From NCBI GenBank assembly GCA_963703955.1, contig CAVPGK010000011.1, forward strand, positions 1-64,000: a stretch of 64,000 nucleotides of DNA, given 5' to 3'. A program made the translations under genes and the position numbers. The notes beneath the pieces are model-generated. The model had not been told where the DNA came from, did no database searches, and saw only the letters and a program-made list of their open reading frames with translations. Positions 40,483-51,454 of the stretch are shown here, one piece after another. The number at the start of each line of letters is the position of its first letter. Position 1 is the first letter of the stretch. This stretch comes from Nitrospirota bacterium (GTDB lineage: Bacteria; Nitrospirota; Nitrospiria; Nitrospirales; Nitrospiraceae).

Positions 40483-41739
40483 CTATGATCCGTCCTGCGC
40501 TCCGTTTGGACGGTCGTTCATCAGATGCGCTCGGAGTTGCCATAAAAGCCACAGACCCGGCAATGCGGCAAGAAAGGTGATGAAAAAGAACGTGACCCAC
40601 CCGACGGCCTCGACGACGTATCCCGACGGCGGTCCGACAAAGACCCTGCCTACCGCCGCCAAGGCCGAGAGCGCGGCGTATTGAGTTGCGGTATAGCGGT
40701 GATCGCAGAGGGACATCATCAGCGCGACGAACGCCGCGGTTCCCATGCCGCCGGCAACGTTTTCGATCGCCACAGCTGACACCATCATCGGATAGCTCTT
40801 GCCGGTCCAGGCCAAGACCATAAAGGAAAAATTCGAGACGGCCTGAAGCACGCCGAAGACGAGCAGAGACCGGAATAGTCCCATCTTCGCCATCAGTGCC
40901 CCTCCGACCAGCGCTCCCAAGATTGTGGCGACCAACCCCATGCCCTTGTTCACCACTCCCACCTCGGACGGAGAAAAGCCAACACCGCGGATCAGGAAGG
41001 CGGTCGTGAGCGAGCCGGCGAAGGCGTCACCGACCTTGTACAGCACGATGAGCAGCAATAGACCGATCGCAGGAGATCGGGAAAAGAACTCCCGAACCGG
41101 TCCCCACACCGCTTCGTTGAGACTCCGCGGCACAGTGACCATTGAGGATGGCTCCGGGCTGAGCAGCGTCGCGCCCACGCCGAGAACCATCAGTGACGCG
41201 ATGAGCCAATAGGTGGCATGCCAACCGATCTGTTCGGAAATAATTAGGGCGACGGCGCCGGAGATCAGCATGGCGATGCGGTACCCCGTGACCGACACGG
41301 CTGCGCCGAAGCCGCGCTCCTGCGGTCTCAGCACATCGGCGCGGTAGGCATCAAACGCAATGTCCTGTGACGCGGACGTGAACGCCACAGCAAGAGCCAA
41401 CGTCGCCAGCAACCACGGCACTTGTGTCGGATCGGTCGTGGCCATCGCCGTGATCCCGGCGATCAGCCCGAGTTGGGCCGCCATGATCCAGCCTCGGCGG
41501 CGGCCCAACCAAGGCGGCACGAACCGGTCCATCAGAGGCGCCCACAGAAACTTAAGCGTGTATGGAAGTCCCACGAGGGTGAAAATCCCGATCGTCCGTA
41601 AATCAACTCCGGCGACGGTCAGCCATGCCTGAAGGGTGCCCCCCGTCAGCGCCAGAGGTAGTCCTGACGCGAATCCCAACGGCAACATGACGCCGACGCG
41701 GCGATTGGTGAAAATATCGAAGAAGGTTGGAGGTTTCAC
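40483..41739 (-). CDS. ampG: Muropeptide MFS transporter AmpG
   Basis: LGFASGLP, KFLWAPLMDR, GRRRGW, SASQDIAFDAY and ATQYAALSAL. Confidence 0.95.
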   Translation of the reverse strand: MKPPTFFDIFTNRRVGVMLPLGFASGLPLALTGGTLQAWLTVAGVDLRTIGIFTLVGLPYTLKFLWAPLMDRFVPPWLGRRRGWIMAAQLGLIAGITAMATTDPTQVPWLLATLALAVAFTSASQDIAFDAYRADVLRPQERGFGAAVSVTGYRIAMLISGAVALIISEQIGWHATYWLIASLMVLGVGATLLSPEPSSMVTVPRSLNEAVWGPVREFFSRSPAIGLLLLIVLYKVGDAFAGSLTTAFLIRGVGFSPSEVGVVNKGMGLVATILGALVGGALMAKMGLFRSLLVFGVLQAVSNFSFMVLAWTGKSYPMMVSAVAIENVAGGMGTAAFVALMMSLCDHRYTATQYAALSALAAVGRVFVGPPSGYVVEAVGWVTFFFITFLAALPGLWLLWQLRAHLMNDRPNGAQDGS

Positions 41740-41899
41740 CTGGCCTCGCAGAACGGTGGCGGTGCATTATGCCCAAACCGACAGGTCCGCTCTATGTCGT
41801 TCTCGGAGAACAAGATTGGATTGCAGCAGATAGGAGAGTCGTCGACTCGCCCATTCGGGCGACTCGACCTGAGCAGAACGCAAGTGTCAGACCGCCGAG

Positions 41900-42304
41900 T
41901 TAACAGCGCTGACCGTTAAAAACACAGGGTTTGAAGCGCGACTGATCGAACTCGATGTTCTCCTGATAGACGCGCTCATTCCCGTTTACCCCGTCTTGCT
42001 CGGGGTCATTCCACATAGTGTGGTTCCACCAATAGAAGAGAGGAAATTGCTCGGTGTAGTAGACTGGGTTTCCGTAATGGCTCCGTGTGTATTCCTGCAC
42101 CATTCGACCGGTGACGTAGTCCACTTCTCCGTTGCCCTTCAACGAATACAGCATCAGAAACATCCGCGCTTCATGGTCATACTGTTCATCAACCCGTGAA
42201 TTTTCGTCAGGTTCGACGGGGAGCGTTTCTTTCGTCCATCCCCCATCTGGAATGAAGAATGCCAAGGCAGTTACCAAGCTCAGCAGCGCGGCTCGTACGC
42301 TCAT
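41900..42304 (-). CDS. Hypothetical exported protein
   Basis: Signal peptide; motif PLFYWW...DPEQDGVNGNE. Confidence 0.75.
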   Translation of the reverse strand: MSVRAALLSLVTALAFFIPDGGWTKETLPVEPDENSRVDEQYDHEARMFLMLYSLKGNGEVDYVTGRMVQEYTRSHYGNPVYYTEQFPLFYWWNHTMWNDPEQDGVNGNERVYQENIEFDQSRFKPCVFNGQRC

Positions 42305-42421
42305 CGTGACCCCTCAGCAATGGCGCGGATGTGCAACTTTTTTTGAATATAGCACGAGTCGTGAGGACCGTGTCAACGCTCTCCTCGAATTCTGCTTGTT
42401 CGAAGCAACCGGGTTCTCCGC

Positions 42422-42451
42422 TTGCCGACGCATCAACGCGTCACCTATAAT
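42422..42451 (+). promoter_or_regulatory. Sigma70 promoter immediately before mtaB (near-leaderless)
   Basis: TTGCCG, 18 bp, TATAAT ending 8 bp before ATG 42460; no SD sequence. Confidence 0.55.
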
Positions 42452-42459
42452 GCGGCCTC

Positions 42460-43764
42460 ATGCGAGCCTCGCTCCATACGATCGGTTGCCGTCTCAATCA
42501 GGCCGAAACGGCATTGCTTGCGGATCGATTGAGGAAGGATGGGTATCAGCTCGTCGAATTCGGTCAGCCGACGGACCTCCTGGTGCTGAACACATGCTCC
42601 GTCACGGAAGAAGCCGAGAAGGCCTGCCGTTACGACGTTCGGCGAACGCTGCGTCATTCGCCTCACGCTTTTGTGGCCGTCACCGGCTGTTACGCCCAAA
42701 CTGGGGCTGAGGCGCTGCGCCGCATGCCGGGCGTCGATCTCATTGTCGGCGCTCAATACAAGATGAACCTTCCGGAATATCTTCCGGCGCCTCAGGTCCT
42801 GCGTAAGCAGCCTGCCCCTCTGCTTCTCCACACCAGAACCATCGATCGTGACGACTTCGTCCTGGACGGCGTCGGGGAAACGGTGGCCACGCGGGCGAAT
42901 CTGAAAATTCAGGACGGGTGCAATTTCATGTGCTCGTTCTGCATTATCCCGTTCGCCCGGGGTCACGAGCGTAGTCGCCGACTCGACGACGTGCTCCGCG
43001 AGGCGCAGCAGTTGGTCGAGAAGGGGCACCGGGAGTTGGTGCTGACCGGGGTCAATATCGGGCAGCACCGTCATGAAGGGCTCTCTCTCGTGGAACTGAT
43101 TCGGCGCGTAGAGTCCATCGACGGCTTGGAAAGAATCCGGATCTCCTCGATCGAGCCCACCACGATTTCCGACGAATTACTCGACCACATGGCCGCCTCC
43201 GGCAAGCTGTGCCGTTACCTGCACATCCCGCTTCAAAGTGGCGACGATACGATCCTTCGCGCCATGAATCGCCGGTACACGACGAGGGACTATGGAGCTT
43301 TGATCGAGAAGATCGTGCGACGCGTGCCCGATCTGGGGCTTGGCACCGACCTCATGGTCGGGTTTCCAGGTGAAGGCGCCCGCGAATTCGAGAATACCCG
43401 CAGGCTTGCAGCCGATCTCCCCTTCTCGTATTTTCACGTCTTCAGTTACTCCAAGCGGCCGGGCACCGCTGCCGCTCGTCTCAACAATCCGGTTCACCCG
43501 GCGACGGTGAAGTCTCGCAGCCAAGCTTTGTCGGATCTCTCTCGAATGAAGCGATTGGCTTTTTATCAACGGTATACGGGGCAAAAGGTCCGTGTTCTGT
43601 TCGAAACGCGTGACGATCGATCATTTTGGTGTGGTTGTACGGACAACTATCTCCGTGTCGGTGTGACCTGTTCTGCCGATCTGACGAACGTGATTCGTGA
43701 CGTTATCGTCACCGGTGTGATGGACGGACTTGCCGTCGGAGACCTGGTCGAGGCCCAAGCATGA
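42460..43764 (+). CDS. mtaB: tRNA t6A37 methylthiotransferase
   Basis: TIGCRLNQAET, NTCSVT, VTGCYAQ, radical SAM CNFMCSFC, LTGVNIG and RISSIEP. Confidence 0.92.
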   Translation: MRASLHTIGCRLNQAETALLADRLRKDGYQLVEFGQPTDLLVLNTCSVTEEAEKACRYDVRRTLRHSPHAFVAVTGCYAQTGAEALRRMPGVDLIVGAQYKMNLPEYLPAPQVLRKQPAPLLLHTRTIDRDDFVLDGVGETVATRANLKIQDGCNFMCSFCIIPFARGHERSRRLDDVLREAQQLVEKGHRELVLTGVNIGQHRHEGLSLVELIRRVESIDGLERIRISSIEPTTISDELLDHMAASGKLCRYLHIPLQSGDDTILRAMNRRYTTRDYGALIEKIVRRVPDLGLGTDLMVGFPGEGAREFENTRRLAADLPFSYFHVFSYSKRPGTAAARLNNPVHPATVKSRSQALSDLSRMKRLAFYQRYTGQKVRVLFETRDDRSFWCGCTDNYLRVGVTCSADLTNVIRDVIVTGVMDGLAVGDLVEAQA

Positions 43765-45110
43765 TGAACACGGGATCCCCCTATCGGGTTCACATCGAGA
43801 CGTTCGGGTGTCAGATGAACGAATACGACACCGAGCTTGTGCGTTCCTTGCTCAAAGCCGAAGGATTCTCCTTTACCACGGACAGAGAATGCGCGGATGT
43901 GGTGCTGATGAATACCTGCGCAATTCGGGAGAACGCTCACAACAAGGTTTACGGACACCTTGCCGACTTGAAGGCCCTGAAACGACAGCGAAACCTCGTC
44001 GTGGGAGTCTTGGGCTGCATGGCACAAAACCTCAAGCAGGAGCTGGTGGAATCCGAATCCATCGTGGATGTGCTGGTCGGGCCGGATGCCTACCGTCGCC
44101 TACCCGGCTTGATCTCCCGAGCCATCGAATCCCAGGAGCAGGGTCTCTCATGTAAGGGCATCGCTGTGGACTTGTCCGAGTATGAAACCTACGACGACAT
44201 CTTGCCGGAGAGGACGGAAGGGATCAATGCGTGGGTGGCCGTGATGCGTGGCTGCGATAACTTCTGCACGTTCTGCGTGGTGCCCTATACCCGAGGACGC
44301 GAACGCTCCCGGGATCACGAAGGCATCATTCGTGAAGTTGAGCACCTCGCCGCGCACGGCTATAAGCAGGTCACCCTGCTCGGCCAAAATGTCAATTCCT
44401 ACCGTGATAACGATTGGGACTTCGCCCGCCTGATCACTGCTGTAGCAGACGTCCCCGGCATCGAGCGGGTGCGATTCACGTCCCCTCATCCCAAGGACTT
44501 CCCACCCCCCTTGCTGGACGCCGTTGCCGACCATCCGAAGATCTGCAAGCACATCCATCTGCCGTTACAGTCAGGCAATGATCGTGTCCTACAGTTGATG
44601 AATCGAACCTACAGTCGGAAGGACTACTTGACCCTGGTGGACAACATACGCCGGCGACGGCCGGATATTGTCTTGACCACGGACATCATCTGCGGATTCT
44701 GTTCGGAAACTGAGGCGGAATTCCTGGATACCTATCGGACGGTGCGGGAGGTGGGGTACCATGCAGCCTTCGTGTTCAAATATTCGGAGCGAAAGAACAC
44801 GATCGCCGGCCGCAAATATCCGGATGATGTGCCGGAGTCGATCAAGTCGGACCGTGTCAGCCGGGTCGTCAATCTCCAAAAGCAAATCTCGCTTCAGAAA
44901 AATCGTGAGGTTATCGGCCAAAGAGTTCAGGTGTTGGTGGAAGGCGACGCGAAAAAATCTTCCGCTCAATGGATGGGAAGAACCGACGGAAACATTACGG
45001 TGGTCTGGTCTAAGAACGCCTTATCCGTTCAACCAGGCGACCTTGTCTTGATCAATGTTTCAAACGCCTCGGTCACGACCCTCATAGGCCATCCTCACTT
45101 CACACACTAG
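43761..45110 (+). CDS. miaB: tRNA i6A37 methylthiotransferase
   Basis: TFGCQMNEYD, NTCAIRENA, GCDNFCTFCVVPYTRGRERSR, LLGQNVNSY, RFTSPHP and a TRAM domain. Confidence 0.95.
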   Translation: MMNTGSPYRVHIETFGCQMNEYDTELVRSLLKAEGFSFTTDRECADVVLMNTCAIRENAHNKVYGHLADLKALKRQRNLVVGVLGCMAQNLKQELVESESIVDVLVGPDAYRRLPGLISRAIESQEQGLSCKGIAVDLSEYETYDDILPERTEGINAWVAVMRGCDNFCTFCVVPYTRGRERSRDHEGIIREVEHLAAHGYKQVTLLGQNVNSYRDNDWDFARLITAVADVPGIERVRFTSPHPKDFPPPLLDAVADHPKICKHIHLPLQSGNDRVLQLMNRTYSRKDYLTLVDNIRRRRPDIVLTTDIICGFCSETEAEFLDTYRTVREVGYHAAFVFKYSERKNTIAGRKYPDDVPESIKSDRVSRVVNLQKQISLQKNREVIGQRVQVLVEGDAKKSSAQWMGRTDGNITVVWSKNALSVQPGDLVLINVSNASVTTLIGHPHFTH

Positions 45111-45298
45111 CCTCTCGGATCATCTCTCCTTTCCGGTCCCCTCGGCATGACCTTCGGAATTGACGGTCACAGGAGTGGAGACAAAACACGCCACCGAGTG
45201 CACAATTTTGAACTCAAGTTTACCCTTTCAATTTCCGCCGCGAGACACGATTACCGCATCAACACAGCGAATCGCTTTTGATTCCTCTTGAGACTGAT

Positions 45299-45316
45299 TC
45301 GGCATCGGCTTTGCAC
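45299..45316 (+). promoter_or_regulatory. Sigma54 (-24/-12) promoter
   Basis: tcGGCATCGGCTTTGCAc, with GG at 45301-2, N10 and GC at 45313-14. Confidence 0.6.
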
Positions 45317-45360
45317 AGAGTTTGACCAGTTCCAGCGGTTATTCACAGTAGGGCCCTTCG

Positions 45361-45444
45361 ATGAGTTTAGAAAGCTTGATTGCTGCTGGTGTCTTTGGCT
45401 GGCTCGTCATCGGAATGGTGATGATGGGCCTTGGCATCTGGTAA
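45361..45444 (+). CDS. Putative 27-aa single-TM small protein
   Basis: MSLESLIAAGVFGWLVIGMVMMGLGIW*, 46 bp after the sigma54 -12 element. Confidence 0.5.
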   Translation: MSLESLIAAGVFGWLVIGMVMMGLGIW

Positions 45445-45453
45445 GGAAAGCCG

Positions 45454-46336
45454 CTAGTAGCGACGAAGTGCCGGGACCGGAAGACCCAAGAGTTGTGCCC
45501 GAGCCGCCGCCCAAAGTGATTGCAGAATAGTAGAAAGGTCTGGGGCCGATTTTGTTAGCAGCCTAACGACGCGGCCTTGCACCGACGGCTCCGACACTCC
45601 CGCCAATACCCGGTCCCGGCATCCATCCAAGATCTCTCCGACACTCTCTTCCAGACGTTTCCACCGTTCTTCATCGATGGCCTCGCTGATCATATAGAAC
45701 GACCCGATATAGTCCCATTCGCTCGCCAGCCCGACCTCTTTGGCATCTCGTCCTGGGGTCAGCTCATAGCGCTCGAGCAGAAATTTTCTCGACCCAGTCG
45801 TGATGCGAACTTCATTTTCAAGGATATGGAACACCCATCGTTCCCCTCTTGCCACTCGGCCCGAGGCCATGGCGTCCCAAAGGAAAAGCCGTCGCTCCGC
45901 GAGCCAGAGTCACGTGAATAACCTGACGGAAGCGGGAGCCAGCAAAGGGAATCGTCAGTTCGGGGACCCACTCTAGGACTCCGCCGGTCTCCAACGGTAA
46001 TGCGGGCGACTTGAACCGACGTTTCGGACAGCGATCGATACACCCGGTTGGCGCCGGGGGTGGAAATAATCGCATGCGCCTTCGGTCGCAGCCTGATGTC
46101 GAGGGATAGATGGTCCCCACCCACAAGCCCACCGGATGGATTCAAAAGAAGCGTATAGGCGGACCCTGTCTCGTCGAGATAGATCGGGCGGAAGCAGATG
46201 CCAGGGAATCGACAGTGAGTGCGAGCGATGATCGTCTTATCGTCTTGGCGGACGTACTCGATGCGAAACTTGCCAATTCGTGCACGAGGTGGGTCGGACA
46301 TCGTCGGCCCAGGTGTGGTATCGGATGCTTGCCCAT
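45454..46336 (-). CDS. ureD: Urease accessory protein UreD (several frameshifts, start uncertain)
   Basis: LLNPSGGLVGGD, STPGANRVYRS, LEWVPELTIPFAGSRF, ASGRVARGERW and C-terminal LRRY, spread over three frames. Confidence 0.88.
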
Positions 46337-46403
46337 GAACGATCGCGGGATTTCCGTGTAGGTGACGCTATCAGAAATTGTGGGAGATTTCCTCTCCTCT
46401 CCT

Positions 46404-47225
46404 TCAGCGGCTCAAAATGGACGAATTGAAGCTACGACTCGTCCGTGTGGAGCTTTGTCGAGTTTCGGTAAACCCCAAGGTCAGATTCAGGGCTTCCGTT
46501 GCGATATACCGAAGCTCGGCGGTCCCCTGATGGATTTGATCCTTTCGCCCCAACTCAACGTTACCCGCGAGATCGCTAGTCCATTCCCGATACCGGAAGT
46601 TATAGATCAAGTTCAGGCGTAAGGGTTGAGCGAGGCGAAGCTCCGCTCCCAGGGATACGTAGTACAGACGATGGGAGACGTCGAGATCCGTTTGAAGGTC
46701 GTTGCGACCTTCGGCCAATCCACGCTCATAGACAAACGCGGGGGTGATGGCAAGCCACTGCTTGACAGTCCATTTCACTTTCAGGCCGGCGCTCCAGAAG
46801 TTGGTGTCGCGCTCGGTGAAGGGTGGATCATACAGCCAGCCCATAGCGCCAGATCAGCGTCGCCGTCCAAGTCTCGCTCAACTGTCGCCGAAACTCGGCG
46901 GCCCCAATGTGAGAGGCGGATATGAGGTCGGCAAACTCGTTTGATCGTGACGTAATCCGGCCGGGTCCGAGGAACTGATTCGGCGTATACCGATAGATCA
47001 GAGTTCGCCGCTTGAAGCGAGAACTGCCAGACCACGTCCTCCGGAGACTCGAGCTGGTGAGCGATCGGCTGACTGATATTCTGATCGAGGGCGAGGCGCG
47101 CAGCAGATGAAAACTGAAAAATGTTCGTTGTGTATGAAGCCCGCGCACCAGCCTGAACCGACCACTCGGCTGCGGCGGGAGCAGAAAGCGTGAGAAGACC
47201 CAACACGACGGCGGCACGGCTGTAG
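46404..47225 (-). CDS. Probable outer-membrane beta-barrel protein between ureG and ureD (frameshifted)
   Basis: Signal peptide [18 protein letters not shown], then strands [26 protein letters not shown] and AELRYIAT. Confidence 0.65.
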
Positions 47226-47238
47226 GATTCAGGTACCT

Positions 47239-47905
47239 TTATGCGACCGCGCCCGCTGGGGAATGCGTGTTCGACCCATTCCACGACGCGCTCAAGTCCT
47301 TCGCCGGTCAGCAGATTCGTAAAGACAAACGGGAGGTCGGCGCGCATGCGGCGGCTATCCCGTTCCATAATGGAGAGGTCCGCCCTCACATAAGGCGCGA
47401 GGTCCATTTTGTTGATCACCAAGAGATCCGAGCGAGTGATTCCGGGCCCACCCTTCCGAGGAATTTTGTCTCCCTCGGCCACGTCAATCACATAGATCAC
47501 ATGATCGACGAGTTCGGGGCTGAACGTGGCCGCTAGATTGTCACCTCCGCTTTCGACAAAGATCAATTCTATGTCCGGATGGCGCCGAACGAGATCATCG
47601 ATCGCCTCCTGATTGTGCGAGGCATCTTCGCGGATCGCGGTGTGGGGACAACCCCCGGTCTCCACGCCGAGAATGCGGTCGTGCGGCAAGGCGCCATGCT
47701 GCATGAGAATCTCCGCATCGATCTTCGTAAAGATATCATTGGTGACGACCGCTAGACTGTACCGATCCCGCAGTGTCCGGCAGAGACCTTCGACCAAAGC
47801 CGTCTTGCCCGAGCCGACCGGCCCTCCGACTCCGATAACCGGAATGCCCTTGGCTTTCGCCTGCGTCGGCTTCTCGCCGCCGTGATGATGGTCGTGGTCA
47901 TGCAT
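47239..47905 (-). CDS. ureG: Urease accessory GTPase UreG with His-rich N-terminus (3' end affected by an indel)
   Basis: [37 protein letters not shown] and NKMD. Confidence 0.95.
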
Positions 47906-47955
47906 CTACGCATCTCCTCGTGCGGAAACCGCCGAGCTACCTCGTCTCTTCTCTT

Positions 47956-48642
47956 TTATGATCGGAAGAGCCTCCATTCTAAGCGCCCATGACGCATCCC
48001 GTAAATATCCTGGATTGGAGACCAGGAACTCATTCGGATCGTCGCCCCGGCTTCATGGCTGATTCTGTCCATCAGTGGCAGCCACCTTTCCAGCAGACGC
48101 TGTCCTTCACGCTGACCGATGGGTAGCAGCTTCAGGGCAGCGGAGACAAATCCGACCGCCGTGTGGTACAGAAAGGCTGCGATGGCCTCTTCACGCTTCC
48201 AGCCAGATGCGCCGAGCGTCAATCCCAGGACGACCGCCAAGTGGCCGGGCGTCTGCTCAGTCTCTATTGCAGTTCGGTAGTCCCTGAGGATCTTCCGTCC
48301 TTCGATCTGTTCAGCGGCGATCTTAATGATCTGACGTCCCATTTGGCGACTGGCCAGACGCGAGTCGCGACCGATCTTCATCGCATCAAGCTCATGATCG
48401 GCCGTCAGCGCAGTGTGCAGCCTGCCCGAGGTAGCAGCCCGGTGAGCGAGTTTCACCGCGACCGCCTCACGTCTGCCCACCCCTCCACGCAAGAGATCTT
48501 CGACATAGCGGGACAACTCAGTGGCATTCCGGACCGCACCATCTTGTACCGCAGCCTCCAATCCGGAAGAAAACGCGTATCCACCGGAAGGGAAAAAGCT
48601 GTCGATAAAGCGTAATCCTTGCAGCAGCGCACGTGTGTCCAT
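47956..48642 (-). CDS. ureF: Urease accessory protein UreF
   Basis: DSFFPSGGYAFSSGLE, ASRQMGR, PIGQREGQ and terminal RLFRS. Confidence 0.94.
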   Translation of the reverse strand: MDTRALLQGLRFIDSFFPSGGYAFSSGLEAAVQDGAVRNATELSRYVEDLLRGGVGRREAVAVKLAHRAATSGRLHTALTADHELDAMKIGRDSRLASRQMGRQIIKIAAEQIEGRKILRDYRTAIETEQTPGHLAVVLGLTLGASGWKREEAIAAFLYHTAVGFVSAALKLLPIGQREGQRLLERWLPLMDRISHEAGATIRMSSWSPIQDIYGMRHGRLEWRLFRS

Positions 48643-48721
48643 TGGTCGATAGAACCCATCACCTGCAATTACGAATTGCTATTCTTTCTAGATTGTTGTA
48701 CATCATTCCTAATCCTTCACG

Positions 48722-50446
48722 CTAGAAAAGAAAATACCGCTGCGCCATCGGCTGCACCACGATCGGCTCGCAGGTGAGGTGCACACCATCAGCCGTCACC
48801 ACATAGGTTTCTGGATCCACCTCGATCTTCGGCAGCGCATCGTTCAGTTTCAGATCGCGCTTCTTTACGCTGCGGCATTGTTTCACCGCCGCGATGCGCT
48901 TCTGCAAACCGAGCTTCTTCGGAATCTCCCGATCCAGCCCCGCCTGCGACAGGAAGGTGAAGCTGGTGCTGCATAGAGCCCGCCCGAATGCCCCAAACAT
49001 CGGCCGTGTGATGATTGGCTCCGGCGTCGGGATCGAGGCGTTCGGGTCACCCATCTGCGCCTGGGCGATGAACCCGCTCTTGAGCACCATCTCCGGTTTC
49101 ACGCCGAAGAAGGCCGGCTTCCAGATCACCAGGTCCGCGATCTTTCCGACTTCGATAGACCCGACCTCGTGTGCGATCCCGTGCGTGAGCGCCGGGTTGA
49201 TCGTGTATTTGGCCACGTAGCGCTTGGCCCGGAAGTTGTCGTGCTGGGACGAATCCTTCCCACCGCCCGGCGAGAGGTGTCCTCGTTGCACTTTCATCTT
49301 ATGGGCCGTCTGCCAGGTCCGGATGATCACTTCTCCCAACCGCCCCATCGCCTGCGAGTCGGAAGACATCATGCTGATCGCGCCAATGTCGTGCAGCACA
49401 TCTTCCGCCGCGATGGTTTCACGCCGGATCCTCGATTCGGCAAACGCCACGTCTTCCGGCACCCGCTTGTTCAGATGGTGGCACACGATGAGCATGTCCA
49501 AATGCTCGTCCATGGTGTTGACCGTGAACGGCATCGTCGGGTTGGTCGAGGACGGCAGGACATTCGGCTCGCCGCAGACCTTGATGATGTCCGGCGCGTG
49601 GCCGCCGCCCGCCCCTTCCGTGTGGAAGGAGTGAATCGTCCGTCCCTTGAAGGCCTTGATTGTGTCCTCGACGAATCCGGCTTCGTTCAAGGTGTCCGTG
49701 TGGATCGCCACCTGCACGTCGTATCGTTCCGCGACGCTCAAGCAGGTGTCGATCGCGGCCGGCGTCGTACCCCAGTCTTCATGCAGCTTCAACCCGATGG
49801 CGCCCGCCTCGATCTGCTCGTTCAAGCCTTCCGGCAGCGACGAGTTGCCCTTTCCCAAGAACCCGAGATTCATGGGAATCCCATCCGAGGCCTCCAACAT
49901 CCGGTAGATGTTCCAAGGGCCGGGGGTGCAGGTCGTCGCGTTGGTGCCGGTAGCCGGACCGGTCCCGCCGCCGATCATCGTCGTGATGCCGGCGGAGAGG
50001 GCTTCCCAATACTGTTGCGGACAAATAAAGTGAATGTGGGTCTCGACGCCGCCGGCCGTCACGATGCAGCCTTCGGCGGAGATGGCTTCTGTCCCCGCGC
50101 CTACCTCCATCCCCCGCGTGACGTTCGGCATCAGATCGGGATTGCCGGCCTTGCCGATGCCGACGATGCGCCCGTCCTTGACGCCGATGTCCGCCTTGAC
50201 GACGCCCCAGTAATCGAGAATCAGCGCGTTCGTGATGACCGTGTCGAGCGCGCCGCTCGCGCTGGTCGCCCGGGGTGACTGCCCCATGCCGTCCCGCAGC
50301 ACCTTGCCGCCGCCGAAGACAGCCTCGTCCCCGTATGACGTAAAATCCTTTTCAACTTCGATGACAAGTTCCGTATCGGCGAGCCGGACACGATCGCCCA
50401 CAGTGGGGCCGAAGAGATCCGCATATTGTTTTCTTGGAATTTTCAC
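48722..50446 (-). CDS. ureC: Urease alpha subunit
   Basis: [58 protein letters not shown] and QRYFLF. The GTG start overlaps the ureB stop. Confidence 0.98.
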   Translation of the reverse strand: MKIPRKQYADLFGPTVGDRVRLADTELVIEVEKDFTSYGDEAVFGGGKVLRDGMGQSPRATSASGALDTVITNALILDYWGVVKADIGVKDGRIVGIGKAGNPDLMPNVTRGMEVGAGTEAISAEGCIVTAGGVETHIHFICPQQYWEALSAGITTMIGGGTGPATGTNATTCTPGPWNIYRMLEASDGIPMNLGFLGKGNSSLPEGLNEQIEAGAIGLKLHEDWGTTPAAIDTCLSVAERYDVQVAIHTDTLNEAGFVEDTIKAFKGRTIHSFHTEGAGGGHAPDIIKVCGEPNVLPSSTNPTMPFTVNTMDEHLDMLIVCHHLNKRVPEDVAFAESRIRRETIAAEDVLHDIGAISMMSSDSQAMGRLGEVIIRTWQTAHKMKVQRGHLSPGGGKDSSQHDNFRAKRYVAKYTINPALTHGIAHEVGSIEVGKIADLVIWKPAFFGVKPEMVLKSGFIAQAQMGDPNASIPTPEPIITRPMFGAFGRALCSTSFTFLSQAGLDREIPKKLGLQKRIAAVKQCRSVKKRDLKLNDALPKIEVDPETYVVTADGVHLTCEPIVVQPMAQRYFLF

Positions 50447-50835
50447 CGGGCCCCTCCTTTCCCAGAGAATCCACACTCGGCCGCGCGAGCAAGGGCTCTT
50501 GCCTTCACCTGTGGGTCATCCAACGATCCATCGGTCAATCCGTTGATGCCGTGCGCCACCCGCTTACCTGCCAGGGCTACGAGGGTCACACGCTTCTCCT
50601 CGCCCGGTTCGAACCGGACCGCAGTCCCGGCCGGAATGCAGAGTTTGAATCCGAACGCTTGCTCCCGGTCAAACTTGAGCGCGTGATTGGACTCGAAAAA
50701 ATGACAGTGCGAACCGACCTGAATGGGTCGATCGGCCGTATTCTTGACCGTGAGTTCTTTGGTCGCGCGCCCTTTGAATGCCTCCACGTCTCCCGCGCCA
50801 AAGAGGACTTCGCCGGGCACGACGGGCTTTGACAA
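50443..50835 (-). CDS. ureB: Urease beta subunit (may extend to ATG 50926 across an indel)
   Basis: [21 protein letters not shown] and [12 protein letters not shown]. Confidence 0.95.
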   Translation of the reverse strand: MSKPVVPGEVLFGAGDVEAFKGRATKELTVKNTADRPIQVGSHCHFFESNHALKFDREQAFGFKLCIPAGTAVRFEPGEEKRVTLVALAGKRVAHGINGLTDGSLDDPQVKARALARAAECGFSGKGGAR

Positions 50836-50976
50836 CTCTGCTCTGATCGCAGCGGCCAGGGAACCTCCTTTTTTTTGGAGGAGCCTTGTGAGCCTCGGCC
50901 GGGGCTCGTTTGATCTTTGTCGGCATATACCCCCCTAACTAGACAGAGAATGAGGTTGCGGGATTTGAGAGACTGG

Positions 50977-51279
50977 TTAGCGGATCGGGTCGTGGACGGT
51001 CACCAGCTTGGTCCCGTCCGGGAACGTTCCTTCGACCTGAAACTCGTGAATCATTTCCGGCACGCCCGGCATCACGTCTTTGCGCGACAGCAACGTGGTC
51101 CCGTAGGTCATCAGATCGGACACAGACCTGCCGTCACGAATGCCTTCGAGGACGGCGGCGGTCAGGTAGGCGACAGCTTCAGGATGGTTGAGTTTGAGCC
51201 CGCGCCTCTTGCGGTCTGTGGCAAGCTGCGCCGCCGTATAGATCAACAGCTTTTCCTGTTCCCTGGGCGTCAGATGCAT
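50977..51279 (-). CDS. ureA: Urease gamma subunit
   Basis: [20 protein letters not shown] and [15 protein letters not shown]. Confidence 0.98.
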   Translation of the reverse strand: MHLTPREQEKLLIYTAAQLATDRKRRGLKLNHPEAVAYLTAAVLEGIRDGRSVSDLMTYGTTLLSRKDVMPGVPEMIHEFQVEGTFPDGTKLVTVHDPIR

Positions 51280-51454
51280 GGGTCCTCCTCTCTTAGGTTG
51301 ACCTCGTTCCAGGTCTCATTGTTAAGGGGAGAAAGAAGTGGCGCGAATGTACTTTTTCCTAACGCCCCCCCCAGAATTCTGTTGCAGGGGGGCGAATGTT
51401 AGTCTAGGATTTCGCCGCTTGTCAACCACCCACTCCCGCGAAGGGAGGCCTCGC

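Noticed and set aside
46781..47905. 374-aa UreG-barrel fusion from the ORF track
   Set aside because: A cytoplasmic GTPase running into a signal peptide in an indel-rich region is better explained by a lost stop near 47240.
49169..50278. Long antisense ORFs (e.g. 49169..50278, 60918..61844, 36701..37579, 6890..7729)
   Set aside because: They are shadows of well-supported genes on the opposite strand in GC-rich DNA and carry no motifs.
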